From Terriglobia bacterium (GTDB lineage: Bacteria; Acidobacteriota; Terriglobia; 2-12-FULL-54-10), in contig CAXVYR010000003.1 in assembly GCA_963666975.2 (NCBI GenBank), positions 640,001 through 704,000 of the forward strand: 64,000 bases of DNA, written 5' to 3'. This document shows positions 9,244 to 19,406 of the stretch, piece after piece (position 1 is the stretch's first letter; each line of letters begins with the position of its first letter). The notes beneath the pieces are model-generated. The model made no database searches. It was not told where the DNA came from and worked only from the letters and a program-made list of their open reading frames with translations. The position numbers and the translations under genes are program-made.

Positions 9244-9675
9244 CTATTGCAAGCAGGCAAGCCTCTTTGCCTTTGCCCGCCGTGCCAATTCGGCGAGGGT
9301 CACGTTATCGAGCGTCCGACGCAACTGTGCCTGCGCCGTAGCCCAAACGTCATGAGCGGCGCACCGGGTTTGCAATTCACATCCCACACCTGCTTGCACA
9401 CAGACGTTCAGCCCGAGCGGGCCTTCCATGATTTCCAGCAGCCGGTACAGGGTGAGCTTGGCCGGGTCCATCGCGAGTTGGTATCCGCCGCGAACTCCCC
9501 GAAAGGATCGCAGGAGCCGCGACCGGGTGAGCGTATGCAGTATCTTGAGGAGAAAACTTTCCGGGATGTGCTCAGCCTCCGCGAGAGTCCTGGCTTGGAT
9601 TCGTTGTTCGCTGGCAGCAGCCATGTGGGCCATCACGCGGACGGCATAATCGGCTTCTCTGGATATGGTCAGCAT
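9244..9675 (-). CDS. Rrf2 family transcriptional regulator with three Cys (likely Fe-S binding)
   Basis: ISREADYAVR, RGVRGGYQL wing, C-x6-C-x5-C-x2-H. Confidence 0.92.
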   Translation of the reverse strand: MLTISREADYAVRVMAHMAAASEQRIQARTLAEAEHIPESFLLKILHTLTRSRLLRSFRGVRGGYQLAMDPAKLTLYRLLEIMEGPLGLNVCVQAGVGCELQTRCAAHDVWATAQAQLRRTLDNVTLAELARRAKAKRLACLQ

Positions 9676-9795
9676 GAGCTTCGGCCCTGCATACATTCAC
9701 AAGTGCGTTCAGGCGCAGGCCGAAGAATTGCATGCGGACTTCCAATCCACACTAAAAGGATAAGAGTCTCAAACGGAAGGGCTTGCAAGTTTTCT

Positions 9796-9820
9796 AAAGT
9801 GGACTAAATGGGTCAGATAA
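9796..9820 (-). promoter_or_regulatory. Candidate Rrf2 (IscR type-1-like) operator
   Basis: Minus strand TTATCTGACCCATTTAGTCCACTTT, containing a GAC-N7-GTC dyad, ~120 bp upstream of rrf2. Confidence 0.4.
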
Positions 9821-9967
9821 CTCAACTTGGTGGGTTTGCTGCGGAATTGGCCGCATCGCCGGGAGGTGCGCAAGCAGGATGGTTCCATGCAGGAATGCCC
9901 GCAGACAATCTGCAGCGCGGGCGACGCAGCAGAACTTAACCGAGGTAAGAGCCTGCCCGCCGAAGTT

Positions 9968-12900
9968 CTACCGGCCTGTGATGCGGCTCAACTCCTGAGA
10001 TGAAAATTCAAAGATGTAGCGCACCAGAAGTTCAGCGTGATCCCCGTCGTATTGCCGGAAGCCTGGAGGCGTGGGACCGGCAAAGACCCAGCGGTCCCCC
10101 TCCCGCGCAAACAAGCCGGAAGGCATCGCTGTTCCCGGGCTCATCATCGAAGGATCCAGCATCCAGCGGGTCGTCCATCCAGGTTTCAAGCGGTCTCTTG
10201 ACAGCAAGAAATTCGGCGCAGTGGCCCTTTGGTCGCGGGCAGGGTCTCCGATGGCATGACACTCCAAACAGGGCGCTCCCTGGCTGGTAAAGAGCTGTCT
10301 AGCCAGTAGCCGCTCCTGGTTGCTCAATGGCTCCAAGCTGGGCGGAATGTAGGGACGGACCTGGGAAGAAAGCGCCTCAAAGAACCTGACGATGCGGAGA
10401 ATCTCCCCTTGCGAAAACGAAAAGGTAGGCATCCTGGCCTGCAGGTAGGGACGAACTCCATTGCGGTTCTGCGAAGTTTCGCTCATCGCCGGGTTTTCCA
10501 AAAAGTGCGCCAGCCACACAGGGTCTACGCGCCCCCCTTCCCCGATCAGGCTGGGCGGAATCTGCTCTCTCCAATCCGGGTCCTGGTAGCGGGGAAGGTC
10601 CATCAGCACAGAACGTTGCCCGACCCGAACCACATGGCAGCCCATGCAGTTGTACTTCATGACCACTTTCCAACCCTCTTGGATATCCCGGCGCTGATCT
10701 TCAGGCTGATAGAAATAGCGCGCGGGCAGGACGGAATCCGTGCTGCCGAGAAGGAAGGTCGTGAGAGCCGTGACCTCTTCCGGCTGTAGATTGAAGTTCG
10801 GCATGCGCAGTTTTTCGAGCGGCGGCTTCACCTTGCCTTCATCGAAAACGGCTGGATTCTCCAATTTGCTCTCGAAGAAACCTTTGTGGTTGTACCAGCC
10901 TTCTCTTTCGGCATCGTGCGTCAGCAAAGCAAAGTCCAGGCGCTCAATCGGCTTGCTGCCTTCCTTGGTCAATTCGGTTCCGATGCGGCCTTCCTCTTCC
11001 AAGCCGCTGATCTCATGACACCCGGCGCAGCCGTAGTGCCTCACCAATGCAATCCCCTCTTCCATCAGAGCCGGATCGTCCATGTAAGGGGCTTCCGGAT
11101 AATCCTCCGGCTCGCCCTGCCGCAGGGTCATCAGATAAGTGGCAATGTGGCGGGACTCCTGCACCGTCAGCCGCAGATTGGGCATCACCGTCATTTGCTG
11201 GACTTGCAGCTCGGCACCGTCATTGGGGCAGGTGGAATGATCCAGATCGAAGACAAACGGAAGCCCGTGGCGCTCGTAATCCTCCGGCCCCAGGTCGCGA
11301 TTCTCCAGCGGGCAATAGGGGCGCGTGCGCTCGCGCGGATTGTGAACCCAGCGCACCAGGTAATCATAGTTGACTTTCTCGCCCACGCGAGTCAGGTTGG
11401 CGGCAAAAGTTCCGCCCTCGGCTTCTTCAACCTCTCCAACCGAGTGGCACGCCATACAACCACGGGTCTCAAATAATTCTTTTCCTTGCGTGGCATCCCC
11501 TCGCGGATGGGAAGGAAGGTTCCCCTCCACGCCCGATTGCCAAACAAAAGCAGCGATGGCTTGGCGTTGCTGCTCTTCCAGCCGGAACGCCGGCATGCGG
11601 GTGCCGGGCCGGAAGGCGTGAGGGTTCTCCAGCCAGACCGGAATCCACTCCTTGCGCAGCTTGACCCGCACCTCCTTCAAGCTGGGAGCCACCTTCTTCC
11701 GTTCCATCAGAAGGTTTCGGAGCCGTATATTCAGTTGCTCCATCTCGGTGTCCATGACGCTCATTTCCACACGGAGGTTATCCGCCAGACTATAGAGCCG
11801 GTCGGCTTCATCATCGTCCAAGGATTGATCGGCGCGGGCGATGCTCCTTTCGACTTCGAGCTCATGCTCGTAACGCTGCTGTTTCTTTTGGCTGACCACC
11901 AGCTGCGCCGCCAGATACTGTTCCCCTTCGGTGTCATAGCCTTCGTAGCGATGGCAACCGACGCATCCGCGATGGTCAAACAAATTCTTCCCCTGGCTCA
12001 GCGTCTCCGCATTTCTCAGATACAGGTCGTTGGTGTGGCATTGCTGGCAGCCCGACTCGATATTTTCTCTGTGATACAGCGGCCAGAGCCAAAACTTGTG
12101 CCGGCCGTGACCTTTCTCGATGCTGCTGGTCGCCCTGCCGTTGCCGTTGTGGCAAGGAGTGCAACCAAACTGCTCCGGATCGTGAATCTCCAGCAGCTCC
12201 ATCCGCGGGTGGCTGGTAAAGACCGCTTCGCCTCCCATGTCCGCTTGGGTCAGCGTCACGGGCTCCCGTGTACCCAGGTGACAGGATTCGCAGCGGTCGA
12301 CCAGATCCACATCCACCACGTGAATCTGCTTGATCTCCGATCGGAACGCCTCCATGTTCCGCACCAAGCCCTCCATCTGAGCTTCCGTCAGCCCCGCCAG
12401 GTGGTCCCGCAAATAGGCGTTGCGCGCCTCCCGCAATTCGCCGGACGGTCGCTGCAACTGGATGCGCTCGGTTTGCAGGTCCGCCTTCCTTATCTTCAGC
12501 CGATTCAACTCCCCCTCTAAGGATTCATAGTTGAAACTAGCCTCTTCGAAACTGCCATTGCCATCCGAGGTCGGCAAATCGACCGCTAGAACTCTTTGCC
12601 GCTCCTCTGAAATGCTGCTTGCAAAAGCTGCTTTCGCCCCGTCGCTGGAGGAAGTCTCCATCTGATAGGTCAGCGCCTGCACCTGACCCCGCGCCTCCGC
12701 GAACACTTTATTCAGGACGGAGATTTTGGGATTGAGGTCACGGTTGATCTCCCGGTCAATCTCCCCGATGCGGTCCCGGATCGCTTCCTCCGCCTCCGCC
12801 AACTCTTGCTCCAGTCTTTGAAATTCCTCCGACTCCCGCACCTCTGTTTCGAGCTGGGCCTTCGCAGGGATGGCCTTGTCCTGCAGGAAGCTGATGTATT

Positions 12901-13066
12901 GCCGGACGAAACGCGCCTGGTATCCTTTCCATGGGCGCGTGGCGTAGACCTCGTCGTAGAGCGCCCAGACCAAGGTGCCTATCAAAATAAGGGAAAAAAT
13001 CACTAAGAGCCCGCTCAGCGATTGGCTGAGAATCGGGTCCTTCTCTGTGGAAGGAGTTTCAGGCAT
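9968..13066 (-). CDS. Membrane-anchored octaheme cytochrome c of the Rieske/cytochrome b complex
   Basis: N-terminal TM, coiled-coil stretches, eight CxxCH motifs (CESCH, CTPCH, CQQCH, CVGCH, CMACH, CAGCH, CMGCH, CLECH). Confidence 0.9.
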   Translation of the reverse strand: MPETPSTEKDPILSQSLSGLLVIFSLILIGTLVWALYDEVYATRPWKGYQARFVRQYISFLQDKAIPAKAQLETEVRESEEFQRLEQELAEAEEAIRDRIGEIDREINRDLNPKISVLNKVFAEARGQVQALTYQMETSSSDGAKAAFASSISEERQRVLAVDLPTSDGNGSFEEASFNYESLEGELNRLKIRKADLQTERIQLQRPSGELREARNAYLRDHLAGLTEAQMEGLVRNMEAFRSEIKQIHVVDVDLVDRCESCHLGTREPVTLTQADMGGEAVFTSHPRMELLEIHDPEQFGCTPCHNGNGRATSSIEKGHGRHKFWLWPLYHRENIESGCQQCHTNDLYLRNAETLSQGKNLFDHRGCVGCHRYEGYDTEGEQYLAAQLVVSQKKQQRYEHELEVERSIARADQSLDDDEADRLYSLADNLRVEMSVMDTEMEQLNIRLRNLLMERKKVAPSLKEVRVKLRKEWIPVWLENPHAFRPGTRMPAFRLEEQQRQAIAAFVWQSGVEGNLPSHPRGDATQGKELFETRGCMACHSVGEVEEAEGGTFAANLTRVGEKVNYDYLVRWVHNPRERTRPYCPLENRDLGPEDYERHGLPFVFDLDHSTCPNDGAELQVQQMTVMPNLRLTVQESRHIATYLMTLRQGEPEDYPEAPYMDDPALMEEGIALVRHYGCAGCHEISGLEEEGRIGTELTKEGSKPIERLDFALLTHDAEREGWYNHKGFFESKLENPAVFDEGKVKPPLEKLRMPNFNLQPEEVTALTTFLLGSTDSVLPARYFYQPEDQRRDIQEGWKVVMKYNCMGCHVVRVGQRSVLMDLPRYQDPDWREQIPPSLIGEGGRVDPVWLAHFLENPAMSETSQNRNGVRPYLQARMPTFSFSQGEILRIVRFFEALSSQVRPYIPPSLEPLSNQERLLARQLFTSQGAPCLECHAIGDPARDQRATAPNFLLSRDRLKPGWTTRWMLDPSMMSPGTAMPSGLFAREGDRWVFAGPTPPGFRQYDGDHAELLVRYIFEFSSQELSRITGR

Positions 13067-13150
13067 TCTCTAGTCTCCGTGGCTGATGAAAAGATTCCGT
13101 TGCTTCGATGTGGAAGCATTCGGCAAATCGAAAATCTCAAATATTAAACC

Positions 13151-14086
13151 TCAAATATTAAACCAGGGCGTCACCCACACGTACTTGATGCGGAATACCA
13201 GCCGCAGCAGAATCTTTGCGGGCAAAAGCATCATGGTGGTCAGCAGCATTTGCAGCGTCAGATACTGCAACAGAGTCATCCGGGCGTAAATCTTGCGGTT
13301 GAATTCGGTCAGGATGAACAGCTTGTGGACAACCCAGCCTGCCACCGCAAAATACAAACCCACGGTGAGGGCGCCAAAGATGCCCTGTCCCCAAGCGCCG
13401 GTGATCCCCACAATCTCGTGCAGGTCGCGGTTGGTCTCAAAGACTAACCGGTTGTGATCCCATGTCTCACCCGGCCAAAACCACATCCAGCCCGGACCTC
13501 GAATGAAAGTGCCGATAATCACCATCAACACCCACAACCCGACGAATCCGAACAAGAAGGTCAGGATGGCAAATTTTCTTTGCCTGAAGGTGTAATAGCC
13601 GCAACCCAGAGGATTCGTGTCCAGGTAAGGGATCGCCATGAGACCGACGACGATCAAAGTGGGCAGGATGACCCCTGCCATCCAGGGATCAAAGTAAACC
13701 AGCATCTCCTGCAGTCCCAGAAAGTACCAGGGCGCTTTGGCTGGATTCATGGTCAGGCTGGGATTGGCGGGCTCCTCGAGCGGCGCATTCAGAGTGATCG
13801 ACCAGACCATCAAAATGACGGTCACAACGAGGGCCGCCAGAAACTCAATCCGCAGCAGGAAAGGCCACACATGCAGTTCCTTGGCCCATCCTGATTTGTA
13901 GGGCTGGGTCTTGCGGTGGTGCGTCTTCGCCATTTCGGGATCAGCTTCGAGTTGTGCGATCAGCCGGTCATTGGCAAAGCCCTGCCGGAGCCCGTACCAA
14001 ATATAGAATGGCACCAAGAACACCAACCCCACGATGGGGACGTTGTCCGGAGTGCTGACAATTACCCAAAGCTGATGCCAATCCAT
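13151..14086 (-). CDS. Cytochrome b C-terminal half (subunit IV-like), extended
   Basis: LEEPANPSLTMNPAKAPWYFLGLQEML (PEWY-equivalent), AIPYLD; follows the cytochrome b N-half. Confidence 0.85.
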   Translation of the reverse strand: MDWHQLWVIVSTPDNVPIVGLVFLVPFYIWYGLRQGFANDRLIAQLEADPEMAKTHHRKTQPYKSGWAKELHVWPFLLRIEFLAALVVTVILMVWSITLNAPLEEPANPSLTMNPAKAPWYFLGLQEMLVYFDPWMAGVILPTLIVVGLMAIPYLDTNPLGCGYYTFRQRKFAILTFLFGFVGLWVLMVIIGTFIRGPGWMWFWPGETWDHNRLVFETNRDLHEIVGITGAWGQGIFGALTVGLYFAVAGWVVHKLFILTEFNRKIYARMTLLQYLTLQMLLTTMMLLPAKILLRLVFRIKYVWVTPWFNI

Positions 14087-14130
14087 TCACTTACCTCCGC
14101 TCTCCTGGAACTCGCTTGCCCCGCGGCCGT

Positions 14131-15024
14131 TTAGGGTTTTATTTCCTTCTCCAACATCATCGGAGACGGCCCGGAGATTCCTCCATCTTTCCGCACACGC
14201 CAGAAATGGACGATCATGAAGGTCGCGGCGATGATGGGGATGCCAATGCAGTGCCAGATGTAGGCCCGCAGCAGGGCGTTGGAATCGACGATGGACCCTC
14301 CCAGCAGGGCGAACCGCACGTCGTTATAGGCCGTCATCCCCATTTGCGGTCCAAAAGGACCTTCATGTCCCAGCATGGGGCTGGCCCGGGCCATATTGGT
14401 GCCCACTGTCACGGCCCAGAAGCCGAGCTGGTCATCGGGCAACAGGTAGCCGGTGAAGGAAAGCAGCATGGTCAGCACCAGTAAAATCACTCCCACCGAC
14501 CAATTAAACTCTCGCGGCTTCTTATAGGAACCCGTCAGAAAAACACGCATCATGTGGAGCCAAACCGTGATGATCATCAGATGGGCTCCCCATCGATGCA
14601 TGTTCCGGAGGAGCTTTCCGTAGGGGACGTCGTGTTCCAGGTAGAGAATGTCCCGGAACGCCACGATCTTGCTCGGATGGTAATAAAACATCAGAAGGAC
14701 GCCCGTGAGGGTCAGCACGACGAACAGATAAAACGTGATGCCGCCCATCCCCCAGGTATAGTTGTAGCGAACGGCGTCCCGATTGATCCGGGCGGGATGC
14801 AGATGCAAAAAAACGTTGCTCAGCACTCCCAGCGACCGGCTGCGGGGCGTTTCATCGTGCTTGACGCGGAGAATCGACTTCCATAGCTGGGTTTTCTCCG
14901 GCTTCTTCAAACCCTCCAGGTCCTGGTTTAATTTATCCTGGAAGGGCTTGACCCCTTCTTTTACCTTGTCCAAAAGGCCGGGCGGCTGGCCGCCTTCGGG
15001 ATTCTGCTTCTTCTCATCTGCCAT
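14131..15024 (-). CDS. petB: Cytochrome b N-terminal half (b6-like)
   Basis: LRNMHRWGAH...WLHMMR, KPREFNW, SFTGYLLP, WH-x14-HFWR; AGGAG RBS 6 nt before ATG 15024. Confidence 0.93.
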   Translation of the reverse strand: MADEKKQNPEGGQPPGLLDKVKEGVKPFQDKLNQDLEGLKKPEKTQLWKSILRVKHDETPRSRSLGVLSNVFLHLHPARINRDAVRYNYTWGMGGITFYLFVVLTLTGVLLMFYYHPSKIVAFRDILYLEHDVPYGKLLRNMHRWGAHLMIITVWLHMMRVFLTGSYKKPREFNWSVGVILLVLTMLLSFTGYLLPDDQLGFWAVTVGTNMARASPMLGHEGPFGPQMGMTAYNDVRFALLGGSIVDSNALLRAYIWHCIGIPIIAATFMIVHFWRVRKDGGISGPSPMMLEKEIKP

Positions 15025-15162
15025 CAACATCTCCTATTTCTAAACAATCAACGCCGGTTGCGATTCTTCCCTCTTGGAGTGGGGCTAATCTCCCCGTGCA
15101 ATTGCAAACGGCTTCGGGAACGAGCAGCGATGCATGCACAGTCTTCCCGATCCAGAACTACA

Positions 15163-15708
15163 CTAGCCCCGCAAAATGGCGTTTAGGTCGTCAAACGGGA
15201 ATTGGTACAGGACGCTGGTGTCGACCTCGATTTCGCCTGTCGGGGTCATCACAATGCGCGCCCGGTCCATCGGGCGAGGGGCAGGGCCCTCGAAGTTGAT
15301 GCCCTCGCTGTCGTAGCCACTGCCGTGGCAAGGACACTTAAATTTATTTTCGCTTTCCTTCCAGTCCGGCGTGCAGCCGAGGTGGGTGCATCGGGCGAAG
15401 ACTGCAATCAGCCCCTCGGCGTTCCGGACAATCCAAATGCGGTGGTCTTTCTGAAATTTTGTGTCCACGCCAAAGGCGAAGTCCGCAGGATAACCCGCTT
15501 TAAAAACCGTCTTAGGCTCGAAAAGAGTGCGGGGAAAAAAGAACCGCATGAACATGAGCAAATTAATGCCGAGGAATCCCAATATGGAAGCTCCGACGAG
15601 TCTCCGGCGGATCTTCACGCTTTCAGGCGACAAAGCCCCGTCGCTCCCTTTCCCCCCAAGTCCCAGCATCTGAGACAACTTGCCAAAAAAACCTTTTGAC
15701 TCATTCAT
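15163..15708 (-). CDS. petC: Rieske [2Fe-2S] subunit
   Basis: CTHLGC and [14 protein letters not shown]; RRRL plus TM anchor (Tat-like). Confidence 0.95.
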   Translation of the reverse strand: MNESKGFFGKLSQMLGLGGKGSDGALSPESVKIRRRLVGASILGFLGINLLMFMRFFFPRTLFEPKTVFKAGYPADFAFGVDTKFQKDHRIWIVRNAEGLIAVFARCTHLGCTPDWKESENKFKCPCHGSGYDSEGINFEGPAPRPMDRARIVMTPTGEIEVDTSVLYQFPFDDLNAILRG

Positions 15709-16015
15709 CGACGAATCAGTCCTCCCCCCTCTTCCGGAAAGATTCCAGCGATCTAAATCTAATCCAGCAATTCCCGCAAACGCTTATTTTTGTACGTGTG
15801 TCCTGGTGATGTCAAGAGGGTCTTTGAATTGATGCGCAAATTGGGAAGCCGCATGGTGGCGAATTCGGTTCAAAAGCAGGCGCAAGAAATGCGGCTCGTG
15901 ACGATTTGCACGCCCCGAAAGGCCTTCTTTCCGGCATCGCCAGAAAACCGCTCAGGTTGACGAGACCTGCCAAAGCCGATAAACTGACTCCATTCAAGAC
16001 AGCGAAATGCGTTGG

Positions 16016-16092
16016 GCGCCCGTAGCTCAGCTGGATAGAGCGACTGACTACGGATCAGTAGGTCGGGAGTTCGAATCTCTCCGGGCGCACCA
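16016..16092 (+). tRNA. tRNA-Arg (anticodon ACG)
   Basis: GCGCCCG/CGGGCGC acceptor stem, TAGCTCAGCTGGATAGAGC D arm, ACTGA-CT-ACG-GA-TCAGT anticodon arm, GTTCGAAT T loop, encoded CCA. Confidence 0.97.
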
Positions 16093-16135
16093 TTTTTATT
16101 TTGTTATTTGCAAGCTGCTCCTCATCAATCCGTAG

Positions 16136-16155
16136 CAGGTAACAAACAGGTAACA
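16136..16155 (+). repeat. Candidate integrase arm-type sites (CAGGTAACA x2)
   Basis: Tandem 9-mers with 11-bp period; the same motif recurs at 36346-36445. Confidence 0.65.
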
Positions 16156-16262
16156 GGAGGCTGCGCACAGCCATCGCGACATTCGCGCCCTCCACCGTGG
16201 CGGTGTGAGACGGCGGATTGAAAAGAACCAGTTGCTAAGGGAAGAATCCACTAGCCCCTTAG

Positions 16263-16726
16263 CTGCTTGTTGAAAAATTCACTCCGCGAGCGACTTTTCT
16301 GGAATAAGAAGCGTCTATCAGATGAACACGCCTCGAATCACAGGAGGTCCCCTGCGCGGAGAAGACTCGAAACAGGAAGCGATGTTCCGCTACGTGTCGC
16401 CGGAACAGCGAGTGCCGAGAGATCATCCCCTGCGACCGATCCGGGAGATGGTGGACACGATCTGGCAACAGATGTCGCCGCGGTTTGCCCGGCTGTATGC
16501 CCACCGGGGGCGGCCTACAACTTGGTTCGGTTGCGTCGACTGCGGGCGGAGGCGGTGGGCATGACCGCCCAGCTGCAAAGGCGCTCCGAAAGTCCCCAGC
16601 GGGACCTAGGGTAGACCTCTGATCTCTGGCCGGAAACCTCTTTACCCTTTTTACCCTTGTTTTAACTCGATCCGAAACGAAAATAGAAACGGAAATCATC
16701 ACAAACTCGGATTTTTCAACAAACTG
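16263..16726 (+). mobile_element. Truncated IS5-family element
   Basis: N-terminal transposase relic RGEDSKQEAMFRYVSPEQRVPRDHPLRPIREMVD...GRP; imperfect TIRs CTGCTTGTTGAAAAATTC / CAGTTTGTTGAAAAATCC; flanks TTAG and TTAA. Confidence 0.7.
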
Positions 16727-16777
16727 TTAAACTCTTCCAACTCCCCCATGTCCCCTGCACCGATAGGAGCGCGGATT

Positions 16778-16881
16778 TCGTACGAGCCAAGCCGGTCACC
16801 GGGGGAAATTGGCGCGGATTACTCCTGCCAATGATTGAAATTAATGGGGAAAGATTACACGAGGGGAGAGGGGAAAGCAAT
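16778..16881. repeat. ~103-bp direct repeat, copy 1: 5' end and upstream region of a Ser/Thr kinase relic
   Basis: Near-identical to 32588-32690. Minus strand reads PISPGDRLGSYE, continuing IRAPIGAGDMGE, after an AGGAG RBS. Confidence 0.85.
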
Positions 16882-17008
16882 TGGGGACAGGACTGAGACC
16901 TTGCCACAAGAAAGGCGAAAAGAGATTGATCCGATAACGGGGGGGGGCGTATACTTTGTACTCGGAGCTTCCGGATTAACCTGCGAGCAAAAGCTGAGGG
17001 GGTGAATT

Positions 17009-18877
17009 GTGAAAAAGCAATGGGTTTTGGGATTGGCGATATTGATGTGGGTAAGCTGGGCTGGACAGGACTTCCTGTGGGCTCAACAAGCACCGGATAC
17101 CATTCTCTACAATGGGAAAATCGTGACGGTGGACAACCATGAGGTCAATTCGGACTTGGGCACCATCGCGGAGGCGATTGCGATCCGGGATGGAAAAATT
17201 GTGTCCGTGGGAGGCAACGCTGAGATTCGCCGTCTGGAAGGCAATAACACAAAATCCCTGGATTTGAAGGGAAGAATGGTCATGCCCGGTATCGGGCTCA
17301 CGCACGACCACCCGCAGGACTGGGACCCCTTAAATCCGTATATCGTGCAAAAGGTGGTCACTGACGACATGCATATCGAGCGATTCTTTAACGATCCTCC
17401 CGACCAACAGTTGCAACAATTCCCACGGGTTTTAGAGGAAGCGGCACGCAAGGCCAAGCCGGGCCAATGGATTCGGATCAGCATGCTGTTTGGGCCAGAA
17501 TATCGCTGGAGAGACGAGATTACCAGCATGTTAGGGCGGCAGATTAACAAGCAGATGCTGGATCTGGCTGCTCCCAATAATCCGGTGATTGTTCGGGCGG
17601 GTTTTGTCGGAGTGTTGCTGAACCAAAAGGCGATTGACGCGACTAAAGAGTTCTATGGGGACCAATGGGAAAAGTTTGTCAGCAGCCCGCTGCAAAATGA
17701 CCGTATTGAAGAAACAGGAACCTGTGGAACCTGCTATCGGTTTGTGGAACAGGATGCGCTCTACCCACCCGATGTGTTAGCGGAGATCTACCGGCTGGGA
17801 TTGTCCTGGATGACAGGTTACGGTCAGACCCTCAACGCGACGGGTCTCTACACGGGGGGCGCAATTCGAGCCTACAGCACCTTGGATCGCCAGGGGCAAA
17901 TGGCGATGCGCATGGGCTGGGGCTGGTATTGGCCATATCGAAATGACTTCTTTTCTGATCCCTATTTTGTGCAGGCACAGGTCAGCCGGGAGGGCACGGG
18001 GTCGGATTATTTCTGGGTTGTCGGAATGACTTCTCGCATGGGTGGGGGCTGCAGCAAACTGCCCGGCACCTCCCCGGAGGTCAAGCAGCGCGAGGCCCCA
18101 TGCCGATTTGCCGATCCGATTGACTCGAAGGCTCTCTATGAATACATCAAGGCGGGCGGGCGGCTGGCCGGGGATCACATGATCGGGGATGGAGAAATTG
18201 ATCTGGTGTTGGACATCATCGAAAAGGCGAGCAAAGATAGCGGCATGACGCTGGAGGAGATTCGGGCCAAGCGCCATGTGACCGAGCACATGGCCATGTA
18301 TCCTCGGCCGGACCAAATCCCGCGCTTCAAGAACCTGGGCATTATGACCAGTGGTTGGGACTTCACTATCTGGGAAGGTGGAGCGTATTCATCGACCAGT
18401 AATGTTCTCGACAACTATGGCGAGCGAGGAGCCATGCAGATGGTTCCACGGAAGAGTCTCAATGCTGCCGGCATCATGAATAGTATGGAGTTGGATCGGG
18501 CCATCGCTGCCACGAACCTGACCCTCTTCCATGTATTGTATTCAGGAGTTACGCGAAAAGATTGGGATGGCCGAGCGCTCGCCCCACAACAGGCAGTGAG
18601 TCGAGAAGCAATGTTGAAGTCGGCGACGCTCTGGGGAGCCTATGGGGTGAAGCGGGAAGATGTGCTGGGCTCGCTGGAGACGGGCAAATGGGCGGACCTG
18701 ATTGTGCTCAATGAGGACTACCTGACGGTTCCGGTGGAGGAGACTCTCAAGCTGCGGGTGTTGATGACCATGGTGGGCGGCAAGACAGTCCATCTGGTTC
18801 CGTCGCTGGCCCGCGAAATCGGGATGCAGCCCACGGGGGCCCAGGTGGAACTCGGCGGACCGGCGGCTCAATGGTAA
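17009..18877 (+). CDS. Exported metal-dependent amidohydrolase (YtcJ/amidohydrolase_3-like, atypical)
   Basis: Signal peptide, ILYNGKIVTVD, PG...THDH, DHMIGD, TEH, GSLETGKWADLIVL, TMVGGK. Confidence 0.88.
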   Translation: MKKQWVLGLAILMWVSWAGQDFLWAQQAPDTILYNGKIVTVDNHEVNSDLGTIAEAIAIRDGKIVSVGGNAEIRRLEGNNTKSLDLKGRMVMPGIGLTHDHPQDWDPLNPYIVQKVVTDDMHIERFFNDPPDQQLQQFPRVLEEAARKAKPGQWIRISMLFGPEYRWRDEITSMLGRQINKQMLDLAAPNNPVIVRAGFVGVLLNQKAIDATKEFYGDQWEKFVSSPLQNDRIEETGTCGTCYRFVEQDALYPPDVLAEIYRLGLSWMTGYGQTLNATGLYTGGAIRAYSTLDRQGQMAMRMGWGWYWPYRNDFFSDPYFVQAQVSREGTGSDYFWVVGMTSRMGGGCSKLPGTSPEVKQREAPCRFADPIDSKALYEYIKAGGRLAGDHMIGDGEIDLVLDIIEKASKDSGMTLEEIRAKRHVTEHMAMYPRPDQIPRFKNLGIMTSGWDFTIWEGGAYSSTSNVLDNYGERGAMQMVPRKSLNAAGIMNSMELDRAIAATNLTLFHVLYSGVTRKDWDGRALAPQQAVSREAMLKSATLWGAYGVKREDVLGSLETGKWADLIVLNEDYLTVPVEETLKLRVLMTMVGGKTVHLVPSLAREIGMQPTGAQVELGGPAAQW

Positions 18878-19406
18878 AAGCTGTGCCGAGTTTCGGCTTC
18901 CGTCGTGGAATAGGCCATCTGACGAATGGGGATGAAACATTGTAAGATGCTGTCCGGAAAGGCAGTTCCTATAGGGGGTGAACCGATTCCAGTGGCGGGA
19001 CTGGAAGTTTCTCTTCCGGACAGCATTACTTTATGAATGCCATCTATTTTGCCGATTAGCTTCAGAAGGTCAATGATGCGTTTGCATCATTTTCAGCGAG
19101 AAGTAATAAAACCTCTTCATAATCCCCAGGGTTGTGGCAGACTCGCTCCAATCACACACTGACTAGACTTGACCAAAAGCCATCAACCCCGGATGGCGGC
19201 CATTGGGCCGGAGTTGCTGACCGTTCCTCATCGGGTTAGAGACTCCGGCTTTTTATTTCAGGCTGAGACGGATCGAGAGAACCATCCCCTACCTGTTCCG
19301 CCTCTGCGCGATATTGGCTGCTTCCAGGTGGTGGTGTTCTTGATTGCAGTGGGGGTTCAGTTGGAGGTTGAGGGGTGCATACTGGCAACCGCCGGGGGGC
19401 AAAAAA

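Noticed and set aside
6459-12520. Long antisense ORFs over the oxidase and cytochrome genes (e.g. 6459-7271, 7506-8321, 11486-12520)
   Set aside because: Antisense shadows of well-supported minus-strand genes.
9968-13066. HAO/ONR-type octaheme enzyme
   Set aside because: Heme spacing and repeated Met-ligand domains fit an electron-transfer chain; no CxxCK motif.
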